Positions 9,768 to 18,005 of a stretch of DNA of 64,000 bases are shown here, piece by piece. The position numbers and the translations under genes are program-made. The stretch is taken from the NCBI GenBank assembly GCA_902795605.1, contig CADBLU010000065.1, forward strand, positions 2,157 to 66,156. Direction: 5' to 3'. Every line of letters begins with the position of its first letter. Positions within the stretch are counted from its first letter, which is position 1. The notes below the pieces were generated by a model. That model ran no database searches, was not told where the DNA came from, and saw only the letters and a program-made list of their open reading frames with translations. The DNA comes from an uncultured Prevotellaceae bacterium (GTDB lineage: Bacteria; Bacteroidota; Bacteroidia; Bacteroidales; Bacteroidaceae).

Positions 9768-9822
9768 CTTGGGAGAGAAGTTTACTAAAATTATGAAATA
9801 ATCAATAGCCTTCCACTATCGA

Positions 9823-10467
9823 GTGGGAATGAATGTCAGCACGATGTCCTATCATACGAACCTTTTAAGACATGCTATCATCCTCTGGTTGCCCATGGCA
9901 TTCGTCTTTATGACGATTGGCTGTGGGCAAAAAGCGCAACCGGAGGAAGAGGTGGTGTACCATTATGAAGAGATACCTTATCCCACACCCAATATCAAGC
10001 CCGATTCCGTGAATGAGGTGTTAGGGGTGATCCTCCACCACACGGCGCTCCCTACGGTGGAAGAAGCTCTGCATGAACTGACCCGTCCCCGTGGCGTCAG
10101 TTCGCATGTGGTTATCGACACCGACGGCACCCGCTATATCCTTGCCCCTCCCACGGCCGTGACCTATCATGCCGGTCTCTCTGTGCTCAACGGCAGAGAG
10201 CGCTGCAATTATTTCTGCATCGGCGTGGAATTTCAGGGCAATACGGAAGAGGCCCCTCTGACCGACGACCAGATTAGGAGCGGGATTGACTATCTGCTGC
10301 CCGTCATCCGGCAATACAATATCCCCCTGAGCAATATCGTCACCCATAAGATGGTGAGAGACACATTTATGCAGATGTATCCCGAGCGGCGCTGCAAAGA
10401 CAAAGTAGATATCACGCCTGCGGAATATGAACGGTTTATGACCGCCTTGAGGCAGGCCTTAGAATAA
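9823..10467 (+). CDS. N-acetylmuramoyl-L-alanine amidase (Amidase_2), probable lipoprotein
   Basis: VILHHTA, VSSHVVID, YHAGLS, IGVEFQG, IVTH; signal ends in TIGC. Start may be ATG 9844. Confidence 0.85.
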   Translation: MGMNVSTMSYHTNLLRHAIILWLPMAFVFMTIGCGQKAQPEEEVVYHYEEIPYPTPNIKPDSVNEVLGVILHHTALPTVEEALHELTRPRGVSSHVVIDTDGTRYILAPPTAVTYHAGLSVLNGRERCNYFCIGVEFQGNTEEAPLTDDQIRSGIDYLLPVIRQYNIPLSNIVTHKMVRDTFMQMYPERRCKDKVDITPAEYERFMTALRQALE

Positions 10468-10491
10468 TAAAATAACTCACAGATACCGACA

Positions 10492-11688
10492 ATGAAAATT
10501 TTACACACCAGCGATTGGCATTTAGGCCATGAATTTTACAATTACAAGAGAAAGGACGAGTTCGTCCATTTTTTCAGTCAACTGAGGCAGATCATCGTCG
10601 AGCATCAACCCGACGCCATGCTTGTCAGTGGAGACGTCTATCATTCCACTGTTCCTGACATCGCCACGCAGACCATGTATACGGAGATGATGCTGACACT
10701 CCATGAGGCCTGTCCGGAGATGGAGATAGTCGTCACCGCAGGCAATCACGACAGTGCGTCACGCCTGGAGATCGACCGTTCACTGTGGAGCCGTTTCCAC
10801 GTCAGGGTGGTTGGCGGCCTCTCACGCAGTGCCGACGGCGTCTGTTACGACGACCATGTCTTCCGTATCGGCGACAAGGGTTTTGTGGTGGCAGTGCCCC
10901 ATGTGTTCAAGCAGAATTTCCCACCCGCCAAAGTGGAAGGAGAAGACCGGCAGACCGCCTTCTTCAAGTCGCTCATGCAATATGTCACCGACCACAATGC
11001 CGGCGGGCTGCCGGTGGTGCTGATGGCCCATCTTGCTGTCGACCACTCGTCGGAGCGAAAGGTGTATGCGGAGGTGGGCGACATGGTCTATGAAGACGTG
11101 GGGGTGCTCGCCGACGGTTACGACTATGCGGCCCTCGGACATATCCACCGTCCCTCGCAGGTGCCCTCTGCCAGTACGAGGGTGAGATATTGCGGTTCGC
11201 CGCTTGCCATCACCTTCAATGAGGAGTATGAGCACTCTGTCTCCATCGTCGAGGTGGAGCATGGCCAGGCGCCTGTGGTCACCCCGGTGCCCATCGTCCC
11301 CTTGCGCGGGGTGCGGACGGTTCCCGACGGGGCGGTGAGCTTCGCTGAGGCTCTGGAGCTCTTGTCTGAACTTCCTGACAGTGATCCCTCTTATATACGG
11401 GTGAATGTGCTTGCCGACGAGGGGCTGCCCCCCGATGCGGTAGAACAGGCCCTTCGTGCGACGGAGAACAAGGCGTGCCGCTTCTGCCTCTTCCAGAAGT
11501 CAGCCGTCAGAAAGCAACGCTCCACCGAGGAAACCTTCGATGTGACACCTACGGAGTTCTTGGAGATGAGCCCCGTGGAACTTGCGCGTCGCTATCTGGA
11601 GTTCAGGGGCGATGTAGACAACGTGGAAGAACTGCTTGACATGATGAAGGAGACACTTGACTTAATGGAAATGGAGGAATCGAAATGA
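10492..11688 (+). CDS. sbcD: Exonuclease SbcCD nuclease subunit
   Basis: HTSDWHLG, SGDVY, AGNHDS, ALGHIH, YCGSP. Confidence 0.93.
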   Translation: MKILHTSDWHLGHEFYNYKRKDEFVHFFSQLRQIIVEHQPDAMLVSGDVYHSTVPDIATQTMYTEMMLTLHEACPEMEIVVTAGNHDSASRLEIDRSLWSRFHVRVVGGLSRSADGVCYDDHVFRIGDKGFVVAVPHVFKQNFPPAKVEGEDRQTAFFKSLMQYVTDHNAGGLPVVLMAHLAVDHSSERKVYAEVGDMVYEDVGVLADGYDYAALGHIHRPSQVPSASTRVRYCGSPLAITFNEEYEHSVSIVEVEHGQAPVVTPVPIVPLRGVRTVPDGAVSFAEALELLSELPDSDPSYIRVNVLADEGLPPDAVEQALRATENKACRFCLFQKSAVRKQRSTEETFDVTPTEFLEMSPVELARRYLEFRGDVDNVEELLDMMKETLDLMEMEESK

Positions 11689-14600
11689 AAATCAAGAAAC
11701 TTGAGATACACAATCTGGCATCCATCGGTCATGCCGAGATAGATTTTGAGCACGGTGAACTGGCAGGGGAGACCCTCTTCCTGATTACAGGTCCCACTGG
11801 GGCGGGGAAGACCACCATCCTCGACGCCATCTGTCTCGCTTTATACGATGACACACCGCGAATGACCGATGCCAACGAGAATAAAGAGTACTACACCGAA
11901 ATCGTCAATTCCGCCAGGGGTAGAAACGATGAACTTTTGGAAAAGGTATCCCTTCAGTTAGGCCATAAAGGGCAACTGCTCCGCCGCGGCACCTACGAGG
12001 GATGGGTTAGCCTGACTTTTGAGGCCGGCGACATCAACTATGAGGCAACCTGGAGCATCGGTCGCTCTAACCAACGTAGCAACGGCAAATTGCAGAGTTC
12101 GAAGCACACCTTGAAGCGTCTTTCTGACTTACAAGTATGGAGCAAGAAGGCAGAAGTGGCGGCGATGGTGGAGCAACTCACGGGCCTTTCTTTCGAAGAG
12201 TTTTGCCGCACCACCATGTTGGCTCAAGGCGAATTCTCCCGTTTTCTGCAAAGCAAGAAAGATGAGAAATCGAGTATCCTTGAGACCCTCACCCATACGG
12301 AGATCTATACGAAGTTGGGTAAGAAAATCCATGAACTTAAAAATCAGCGCGAAGAAGACTATAAACGGGCAGAAGAAGGCTTGAGAAACATCCGTCCGCT
12401 CACTGATGAGGAGATAAGTCAGCACAATGCCGAGATAGAGAGACTGTCGCAGGAGCACAACGGTGTGGGCAGCCGCATCCAGCATGCTTTTGACGTCCGT
12501 CAGTGGATGGAAACCGACATCCGTCTGAAGGGTAGGACAGAACAAAGTCAGAAGACCCTCTCCGAGCAACGCGCAGTTATCATTTCGCCGGAATACCTTG
12601 CAGAGAAAGCCGATATTGCAGATTTCGCGCTCACCATACAACCCCGCACCTGGCTCGATGATATCCGCGCTGCCATCAAGCGGCGCGAGCAACTTACCGG
12701 CCAGCAGTCATCATTCACAACCGAATATGAACTCTTGGCGGCCGCCATCATCCGGCTTCAGGCCGATCAGACGGCAGAAGAGACACGTCTGGCTGAGACA
12801 CAAGCGTGGCTCGACAGCCGGAAGGCGGATGCCGCGATGCTGACAAATGTGGGAGCTGTCGAGGTCAGACTGCGCCAGGTGTCGGAATACGAGGCCTCTC
12901 TCATACAGATAACGTCGAAGCGTGAAAAAAGCGTGGGACAGGTGGCCGTATCAGAGGAGGCCATCCACCATGCAGAGGAAAATGAGCGTCAGGCCTTCGA
13001 GAGTGAGACCAGGCAGAAGCAGCAGGTGGACGACCTCTCTGCCGCCATTGCCCGGATGGACTCCACTGGTGTGCAGCGCCTGCGCGAGGAGCTGCAACGG
13101 CAGACACAGTCGGTGAATGAACTGAGCGCCAATGTGCGTCTGCTTGAAGAAGTCCGCAAGCGTATCGACTTGGTAGAGAAAGACTACAAGGCGGAAGTGG
13201 AGGACAAGCAGAGGCTTGAGGCCGCCCTTCCTGAGCAAGAAGAACAACAACGGAAAGCCAGAGAGAATGCTGAAGAAGCCCAGCTCATCTACGATCAGTG
13301 GCATGAGTCTCTCGAAAAAAGTTTTAAGACGGCCCGTTCCTTGTTGCGTAAGAATGACACCTGTCCGCTCTGTCAGCAAAAGATAGAGCACGACCATGTG
13401 CCCGACCCCGACTATGAGACGGTGCTCGGTCCCATCTTCAGCCGTAGGGATGAATACCAGAAGAAACTGAACGAAGCGACCGCACGGTTGGAAGCCAGCC
13501 GCCGGGAGTTGAAAAAGACCGGAGATCATCTGCTCTTGACACAGCAGCGATGGGAGAAAGAGAAGTCGGCCTTTGACCGGCAACTGGAAAGAGTGAGGCA
13601 GTCATATCTTGCTGCTGAAGAAATGTGCGAGGCATCAGTGAGTGCTGCGGGAGCACAGCTGAGGGATGAGGCTGCCGTCAATGCCGGACTGGTCAATGTC
13701 CAGCAGTTGGACGAGCGTGCCCGGGTGCTGTTAACTGCTATCGACAGTCAGATGGAAAAGGTGAGGGCCAAGGAAGAAGAAATCCGTCAGGCTCAGCAAC
13801 AACTTGAGGTTGCCCGCAAACGACTTGAGGAGTTGAGCAAAAAGAGCAGCGATTCGCAGAAGAAAACGCTTCAGGCACGTCATCAACTGACATTGCTGCA
13901 GAACCGCATCGCTGACCTCGACCGCCAGATGTCGGAAACCAACAGACGTATAGAGGAGGCGAAAGAACTGCTGCGCCAGCAAATCACCTATCCCGGTTGG
14001 GAGGAAGAGTGGGACGCCAGCCATGATGCTTTTATCACCCGGCTCAAGGCCGACGGACAGCAATATGCTGAGACTGAGAAGACCCGCGCAAAATTGGCAC
14101 AGACGACAGAGAGCCGCAAGACGCTGATTGCCAATGTAGTCGGCCTACGCGATTCGGTAGAAGAGAGAGCACCCTTCGTCACTCAGGGACAGACGGCCAC
14201 CGGTGCCCGTGTCGACGAAGGAAAGATTGTGGGCAGGTGGCAAAAACTCTTTTCTGATGTCACCTCATGGAAAACAAGTATGGAAGAAACCGCCGAGACC
14301 CTGAACGAGAGACGCAGGTTGGTGGACGAATTCCTCGGTAGCCATCCCGCCATCTCTCAGGACCGGTTGAATGAACTTGCGGCCATGTCGAAAGAAGAGG
14401 TCGATAGGACAGAACGGAGGCACAGGAGCATCGAGGACGACATCAAAAAGCTCGAAGGCGAACTCGCTAACATCGTCAAAGAGCAAGAGCAGCACCAGGC
14501 GAGAAGGCCCGAGATAGAGGAGGGATCGACCATAGAGACCCTCAGCGATGCGATCAGTCGGATGCAGGCGGAGCAACAGCAACTGGCCACACAGATAGGG

Positions 14601-15194
14601 ACGCTGAAAGCCACCCTTGAGGAGAACCGTAAGACGGTGCTGCGCCATGAGCAGGCCCTCGCAGAGAGAGACCGTCTGAAGGCCGAGTGGGACAAATGGA
14701 TGCGGTTTCATGAGCTCTTTGGCAACAGTGACGGAAATAAGTTCCGCACCATCGCCCAGAGTTTCATCCTCCATCACCTGCTTCAGAAGGCCAATATCTA
14801 TCTCAGGCAGTTCACCGACCGTTTTGAGTTGACCTGCCAGGCAGGGTCGATCACCATCCTCGTGAAAGACAACTACAGCAACCAGACCCAATATATTAAG
14901 GTGTTGTCGGGTGGAGAGAGTTTCATGGTCTCGTTGTCCCTCTCGCTTGCGCTGGCACAATTGCGGCCCAATCAAAAAGGCGTCGATATCATCTTCATTG
15001 ATGAAGGATTCGGCACCCTCGACAAAGAGTGCCTCAATGCTGTGATGGACACCCTCGAGCGGCTTCACCAGATGGGTGGACGTCGCGTGGCACTCATCAG
15101 CCATGTCGAAGCCCTCAATGAGCGGATACAAGCCCAGATACAGGTGTCGCGTGTCGACCCGTCGCGGAGTGAGGTGAAAGTAGTGCGTAACTAA
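11685..15194 (+). CDS. sbcC: Exonuclease SbcCD ATPase subunit
   Basis: Walker A GPTGAGKT, long coiled coil with CPLC hook, LSGGE signature, FIDEGFGTLD. Confidence 0.93.
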   Translation: MKIKKLEIHNLASIGHAEIDFEHGELAGETLFLITGPTGAGKTTILDAICLALYDDTPRMTDANENKEYYTEIVNSARGRNDELLEKVSLQLGHKGQLLRRGTYEGWVSLTFEAGDINYEATWSIGRSNQRSNGKLQSSKHTLKRLSDLQVWSKKAEVAAMVEQLTGLSFEEFCRTTMLAQGEFSRFLQSKKDEKSSILETLTHTEIYTKLGKKIHELKNQREEDYKRAEEGLRNIRPLTDEEISQHNAEIERLSQEHNGVGSRIQHAFDVRQWMETDIRLKGRTEQSQKTLSEQRAVIISPEYLAEKADIADFALTIQPRTWLDDIRAAIKRREQLTGQQSSFTTEYELLAAAIIRLQADQTAEETRLAETQAWLDSRKADAAMLTNVGAVEVRLRQVSEYEASLIQITSKREKSVGQVAVSEEAIHHAEENERQAFESETRQKQQVDDLSAAIARMDSTGVQRLREELQRQTQSVNELSANVRLLEEVRKRIDLVEKDYKAEVEDKQRLEAALPEQEEQQRKARENAEEAQLIYDQWHESLEKSFKTARSLLRKNDTCPLCQQKIEHDHVPDPDYETVLGPIFSRRDEYQKKLNEATARLEASRRELKKTGDHLLLTQQRWEKEKSAFDRQLERVRQSYLAAEEMCEASVSAAGAQLRDEAAVNAGLVNVQQLDERARVLLTAIDSQMEKVRAKEEEIRQAQQQLEVARKRLEELSKKSSDSQKKTLQARHQLTLLQNRIADLDRQMSETNRRIEEAKELLRQQITYPGWEEEWDASHDAFITRLKADGQQYAETEKTRAKLAQTTESRKTLIANVVGLRDSVEERAPFVTQGQTATGARVDEGKIVGRWQKLFSDVTSWKTSMEETAETLNERRRLVDEFLGSHPAISQDRLNELAAMSKEEVDRTERRHRSIEDDIKKLEGELANIVKEQEQHQARRPEIEEGSTIETLSDAISRMQAEQQQLATQIGTLKATLEENRKTVLRHEQALAERDRLKAEWDKWMRFHELFGNSDGNKFRTIAQSFILHHLLQKANIYLRQFTDRFELTCQAGSITILVKDNYSNQTQYIKVLSGGESFMVSLSLSLALAQLRPNQKGVDIIFIDEGFGTLDKECLNAVMDTLERLHQMGGRRVALISHVEALNERIQAQIQVSRVDPSRSEVKVVRN

Positions 15195-15292
15195 ATAAGG
15201 AAAAGGTAGGGAAAACGCCTAAAAAAACAGAGACAGACATCGGTTAATCGAACCATTTTTCTTACTTTTGCATCCGACAAAAACAGAAGACA

Positions 15293-16804
15293 ATGCCAGA
15301 ATATACACAGAAGAAAAACAGCAAGCGGGCGACATCTCCGTCGCCCATAGATACCGGACTGGGGCACTTGCCACCCCAATCGCTTGAGACGGAGCGGCTT
15401 GTGCTCGGTGCTCTGATGATCGATAAGGATGCATTCACCGTGGTGAGTGAAATCCTCCGACCTGAGACGTTTTATGAACTCCGCAACCAGAAGGTCTATT
15501 CAGCCATCCAGACCCTGAGCATCAACGAGCACCCTGTGGATATGCTCACCGTCATCGAGCAACTCAAGCGCGACGGCACGCTGGAAGATGTGGGCGGACA
15601 GATGTATCTCTATGAGTTGACCGCCCATGTGGCATCGTCGGCTCATGTGGAATATCATGCGCGCATACTGGCCCAGAAATATCTTGCCCGCCAACTGATT
15701 TCCTATGCCAGCGTGATAGAGACGAAGGCCTTCGACGAGACCAATGATATCGAGGTGGTGATGCAAGAAGCCGAGGGACGGCTCTTCGAACTGTCGCAGA
15801 CCAACATGAAGCAAGACTATACGCAGATCGACCCTATCGTGAAGCGTGCGCTGGAAATCATGCAGTTGGCGGCCGCCAACACCGGTGGTCTGACGGGTGT
15901 GCCAAGCGGCTTCACCAAACTCGACGACATGACCTCCGGATGGCAGCGCAGCGACCTTGTTATCCTTGCCGGCCGTCCTGCCATGGGTAAGACATCGTTT
16001 GCCCTCTCCGTCGCCAAGAATATCGCGGTAGACAACCGCATCCCCACCGCATTCTTCTCACTCGAGATGAGTAATGTGCAGTTGGTCAACCGCCTCATCT
16101 CCAACACCTGTGAGATTGACAGCAAGAAGGTGATGAACGGTCAGCTCAACGACGCCGAGTGGGCGCGGCTCGACAAGAACATCCGTCTCCTCGACGGTGC
16201 TCCCCTCTATCTCGACGACACCCCCGGCCTGTCGATCTTCGAACTCCGCACCAAGGCCCGCCGGCTTGTGCGTGAGAAAAAGGTGCAGATTATCATGATC
16301 GACTACCTGCAGCTGATGAATGCCAACGGCATGCGTTTCGGCAACCGTCAGGAGGAGGTCTCCACCATCAGCCGTTCGCTCAAGTCGCTCGCCAAGGAAC
16401 TCGATGTGCCTATCATCGCACTCTCACAGCTCAACCGTTCGGTGGAGAAACGCGACGAGAACGACGGCAAGCGCCCGCAGTTGAGTGACCTCCGTGAATC
16501 GGGTGCCATCGAGCAGGATGCCGATATGGTGATCTTCGTCCACCGCCCCGAATACTATCGTATCTATCATGACGAGAACGGCACCGACCTCCGCGGCCTG
16601 GCACAGATCATCATCGCCAAGCACCGTAAGGGAGCCGTGGGTGATGTGCTGTTGCGCTTCCTGGGACAGTATACACGCTTCGCCAATCCCGACGAGGGCT
16701 ATGTGCCGCCTACCGCAGGCGGAGAGATTATCGGGTCGAAGATGAACGACCCCATGCCCGACGACCCGTTAGGCCCGCCACCTCCTCCCGACTCTCCCTT
16801 CTGA
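15293..16804 (+). CDS. dnaB: Replicative DNA helicase
   Basis: GRPAMGKT, FSLEMS, IDYLQL, LSQLNR, SDLRESGAIEQDAD; TACTTTTG box at 15263-15270; no intein. Confidence 0.97.
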   Translation: MPEYTQKKNSKRATSPSPIDTGLGHLPPQSLETERLVLGALMIDKDAFTVVSEILRPETFYELRNQKVYSAIQTLSINEHPVDMLTVIEQLKRDGTLEDVGGQMYLYELTAHVASSAHVEYHARILAQKYLARQLISYASVIETKAFDETNDIEVVMQEAEGRLFELSQTNMKQDYTQIDPIVKRALEIMQLAAANTGGLTGVPSGFTKLDDMTSGWQRSDLVILAGRPAMGKTSFALSVAKNIAVDNRIPTAFFSLEMSNVQLVNRLISNTCEIDSKKVMNGQLNDAEWARLDKNIRLLDGAPLYLDDTPGLSIFELRTKARRLVREKKVQIIMIDYLQLMNANGMRFGNRQEEVSTISRSLKSLAKELDVPIIALSQLNRSVEKRDENDGKRPQLSDLRESGAIEQDADMVIFVHRPEYYRIYHDENGTDLRGLAQIIIAKHRKGAVGDVLLRFLGQYTRFANPDEGYVPPTAGGEIIGSKMNDPMPDDPLGPPPPPDSPF

Positions 16805-16863
16805 CGGCCGTCCCATTTGTTCTGTTTGTTGCTGTCATACAGCAACATACGGAACGATGGCCG
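16805..16863 (+). terminator. Long stem-loop after dnaB
   Basis: Core TGTTGCTGT-cat-ACAGCAACA (16827-16847) with imperfect outward extension; no clear U-tract. Confidence 0.45.
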
Positions 16864-16909
16864 GCAAGGCCGCTTGCCACTCCCGACCAATAAGAGCGCA
16901 TAAAGCAAT

Positions 16910-16986
16910 TGTCTAAACTCCCAATCTCCCAAACTCCTAAACTCCCAATCTTCCAAACTCCTAAACTCCTAAACTCCCAAACTCCT
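16910..16986 (+). repeat. TGTCT head plus nine 8-bp AAACTCCY-type units
   Basis: Units run 16915-16986 (aaactccc, aatctccc, aaactcct...) and end 7 bp before the SGNH ATG. Confidence 0.85.
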
Positions 16987-16993
16987 AAATAAA

Positions 16994-17668
16994 ATGAGAA
17001 TCATATCAATAATAGTAAGTTCTTTTGTCTGTGTGCTGGCAGCCTGCGCACAGGCGCCTTCCATCTCCGTCCTTGGCGATTCCTATTCCACCTTCGAAGG
17101 ATACGTCACACCGTCGACCAATGAGATGTGGTATTACGAGGAGAGCGGCAACCGCACAGATGTCGACGACGTGACACAGACATGGTGGTGGCAGGTGGCC
17201 AAGAATGGCGGCTACAGACTGTGCGTCAACAACTCCTACAGCGGGAGCACCGTGGGCTATCGTGGCTACGACGGCAACGATTACTCTGACCGTTCTTTCC
17301 TCACGCGAATGGACAATCTGGGCAATCCCGACATCATCCTCATTTTCGGTGCCACCAACGACAGTTGGGCCGGTGAGCCGGTGGGTGAGTATAAGTATGG
17401 AGGTTGGACCAAGGCCGATTTCTATACCTTCCGTCCGGCGATGGCCTATATGCTCCATCATGTCGTGACGAGATACCCCAACGTGAAAGTCTTTTTCATC
17501 CTCAACAGCGAACTGCGTGATGATATCACTGAGTCGTGCCAGACCATCTGCCGGCATTATGAGGTGCCATGCATCGCCCTCCACGACATCCACAAGATCA
17601 ACGGGCATCCGTCGGTCAGTGGCATGAAGGCCATCGCCAATCAGGTGCTGGAAGCCATGCAAAAGTAG
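16994..17668 (+). CDS. Exported SGNH/GDSL hydrolase
   Basis: Signal peptide; VLGDSYS, SYSG, FGATNDS, GHPS blocks. Confidence 0.85.
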   Translation: MRIISIIVSSFVCVLAACAQAPSISVLGDSYSTFEGYVTPSTNEMWYYEESGNRTDVDDVTQTWWWQVAKNGGYRLCVNNSYSGSTVGYRGYDGNDYSDRSFLTRMDNLGNPDIILIFGATNDSWAGEPVGEYKYGGWTKADFYTFRPAMAYMLHHVVTRYPNVKVFFILNSELRDDITESCQTICRHYEVPCIALHDIHKINGHPSVSGMKAIANQVLEAMQK

Positions 17669-17757
17669 GGGCGCGCAAAAAAAAGTGATAATTTGTAGCG
17701 ATTATCTGCAAATATATGTTATCTTGACGCAAATCAAGTCAAAAAAGTGATAAATTA

Positions 17758-17789
17758 TTTGTCGGAAAGATGATTTATGATTACCTTTG
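17758..17789 (+). promoter_or_regulatory. Promoter of the leu/cim operon
   Basis: TTTG (17758-17761), 20 nt, TACCTTTG (17782-17789). Confidence 0.7.
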
Positions 17790-17813
17790 CAGCCAAATCA
17801 GACAAATACGGAA

Positions 17814-17897
17814 ATGGCAAACTGTTATACGATTATTATTAGCATTCTATCCATTCGACTGCAGCATGCGGCCGGAAGTGATGAATCGTGCGGATAA
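17814..17897 (+). CDS. Attenuator leader peptide, Ile/Leu-rich (MANCYTIIISILSIRLQHAAGSDESCG)
   Basis: ATG...ATT ATT ATT AGC ATT CTA TCC ATT CGA CTG...TAA, lying between the promoter and the terminator. Confidence 0.75.
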   Translation: MANCYTIIISILSIRLQHAAGSDESCG

Positions 17898-17922
17898 TCT
17901 ATGTGATTGCTAATAAGATACG

Positions 17923-17961
17923 GCCTTTCTCACTTCCCGAAGTGTGAAAGGCTTTTTGTTT
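17923..17961 (+). terminator. Attenuator terminator upstream of leuA
   Basis: GCCTTTC-t-CACTT cccg AAGTG-t-GAAAGGC followed by TTTTTGTTT. Confidence 0.85.
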
Positions 17962-18005
17962 GAATGGTATCATACTCCTGTATCGGAGTGAAAAATAAAA
18001 AAGGA

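Noticed and set aside
9194-9796. Short ORFs across the repeat region (9194-9538, 9347-9766, 9588-9788 and others)
   Set aside because: They read through promoter and repeat sequence in several frames with repeat-derived peptides; no coding signal.
8280-9800. Invertible promoter (phase-variation switch)
   Set aside because: Divergent promoter boxes exist, but I found no pair of long inverted repeats flanking one and no recombinase nearby.
10492-15194. SbcCD as a novel SMC-type defence system
   Set aside because: Canonical SbcD and SbcC motifs and order; no Wadjet/Lamassu-type accessory or effector genes adjacent.
15293-16804. Intein in DnaB
   Set aside because: Length (503 aa) and motif spacing are normal; no insertion.
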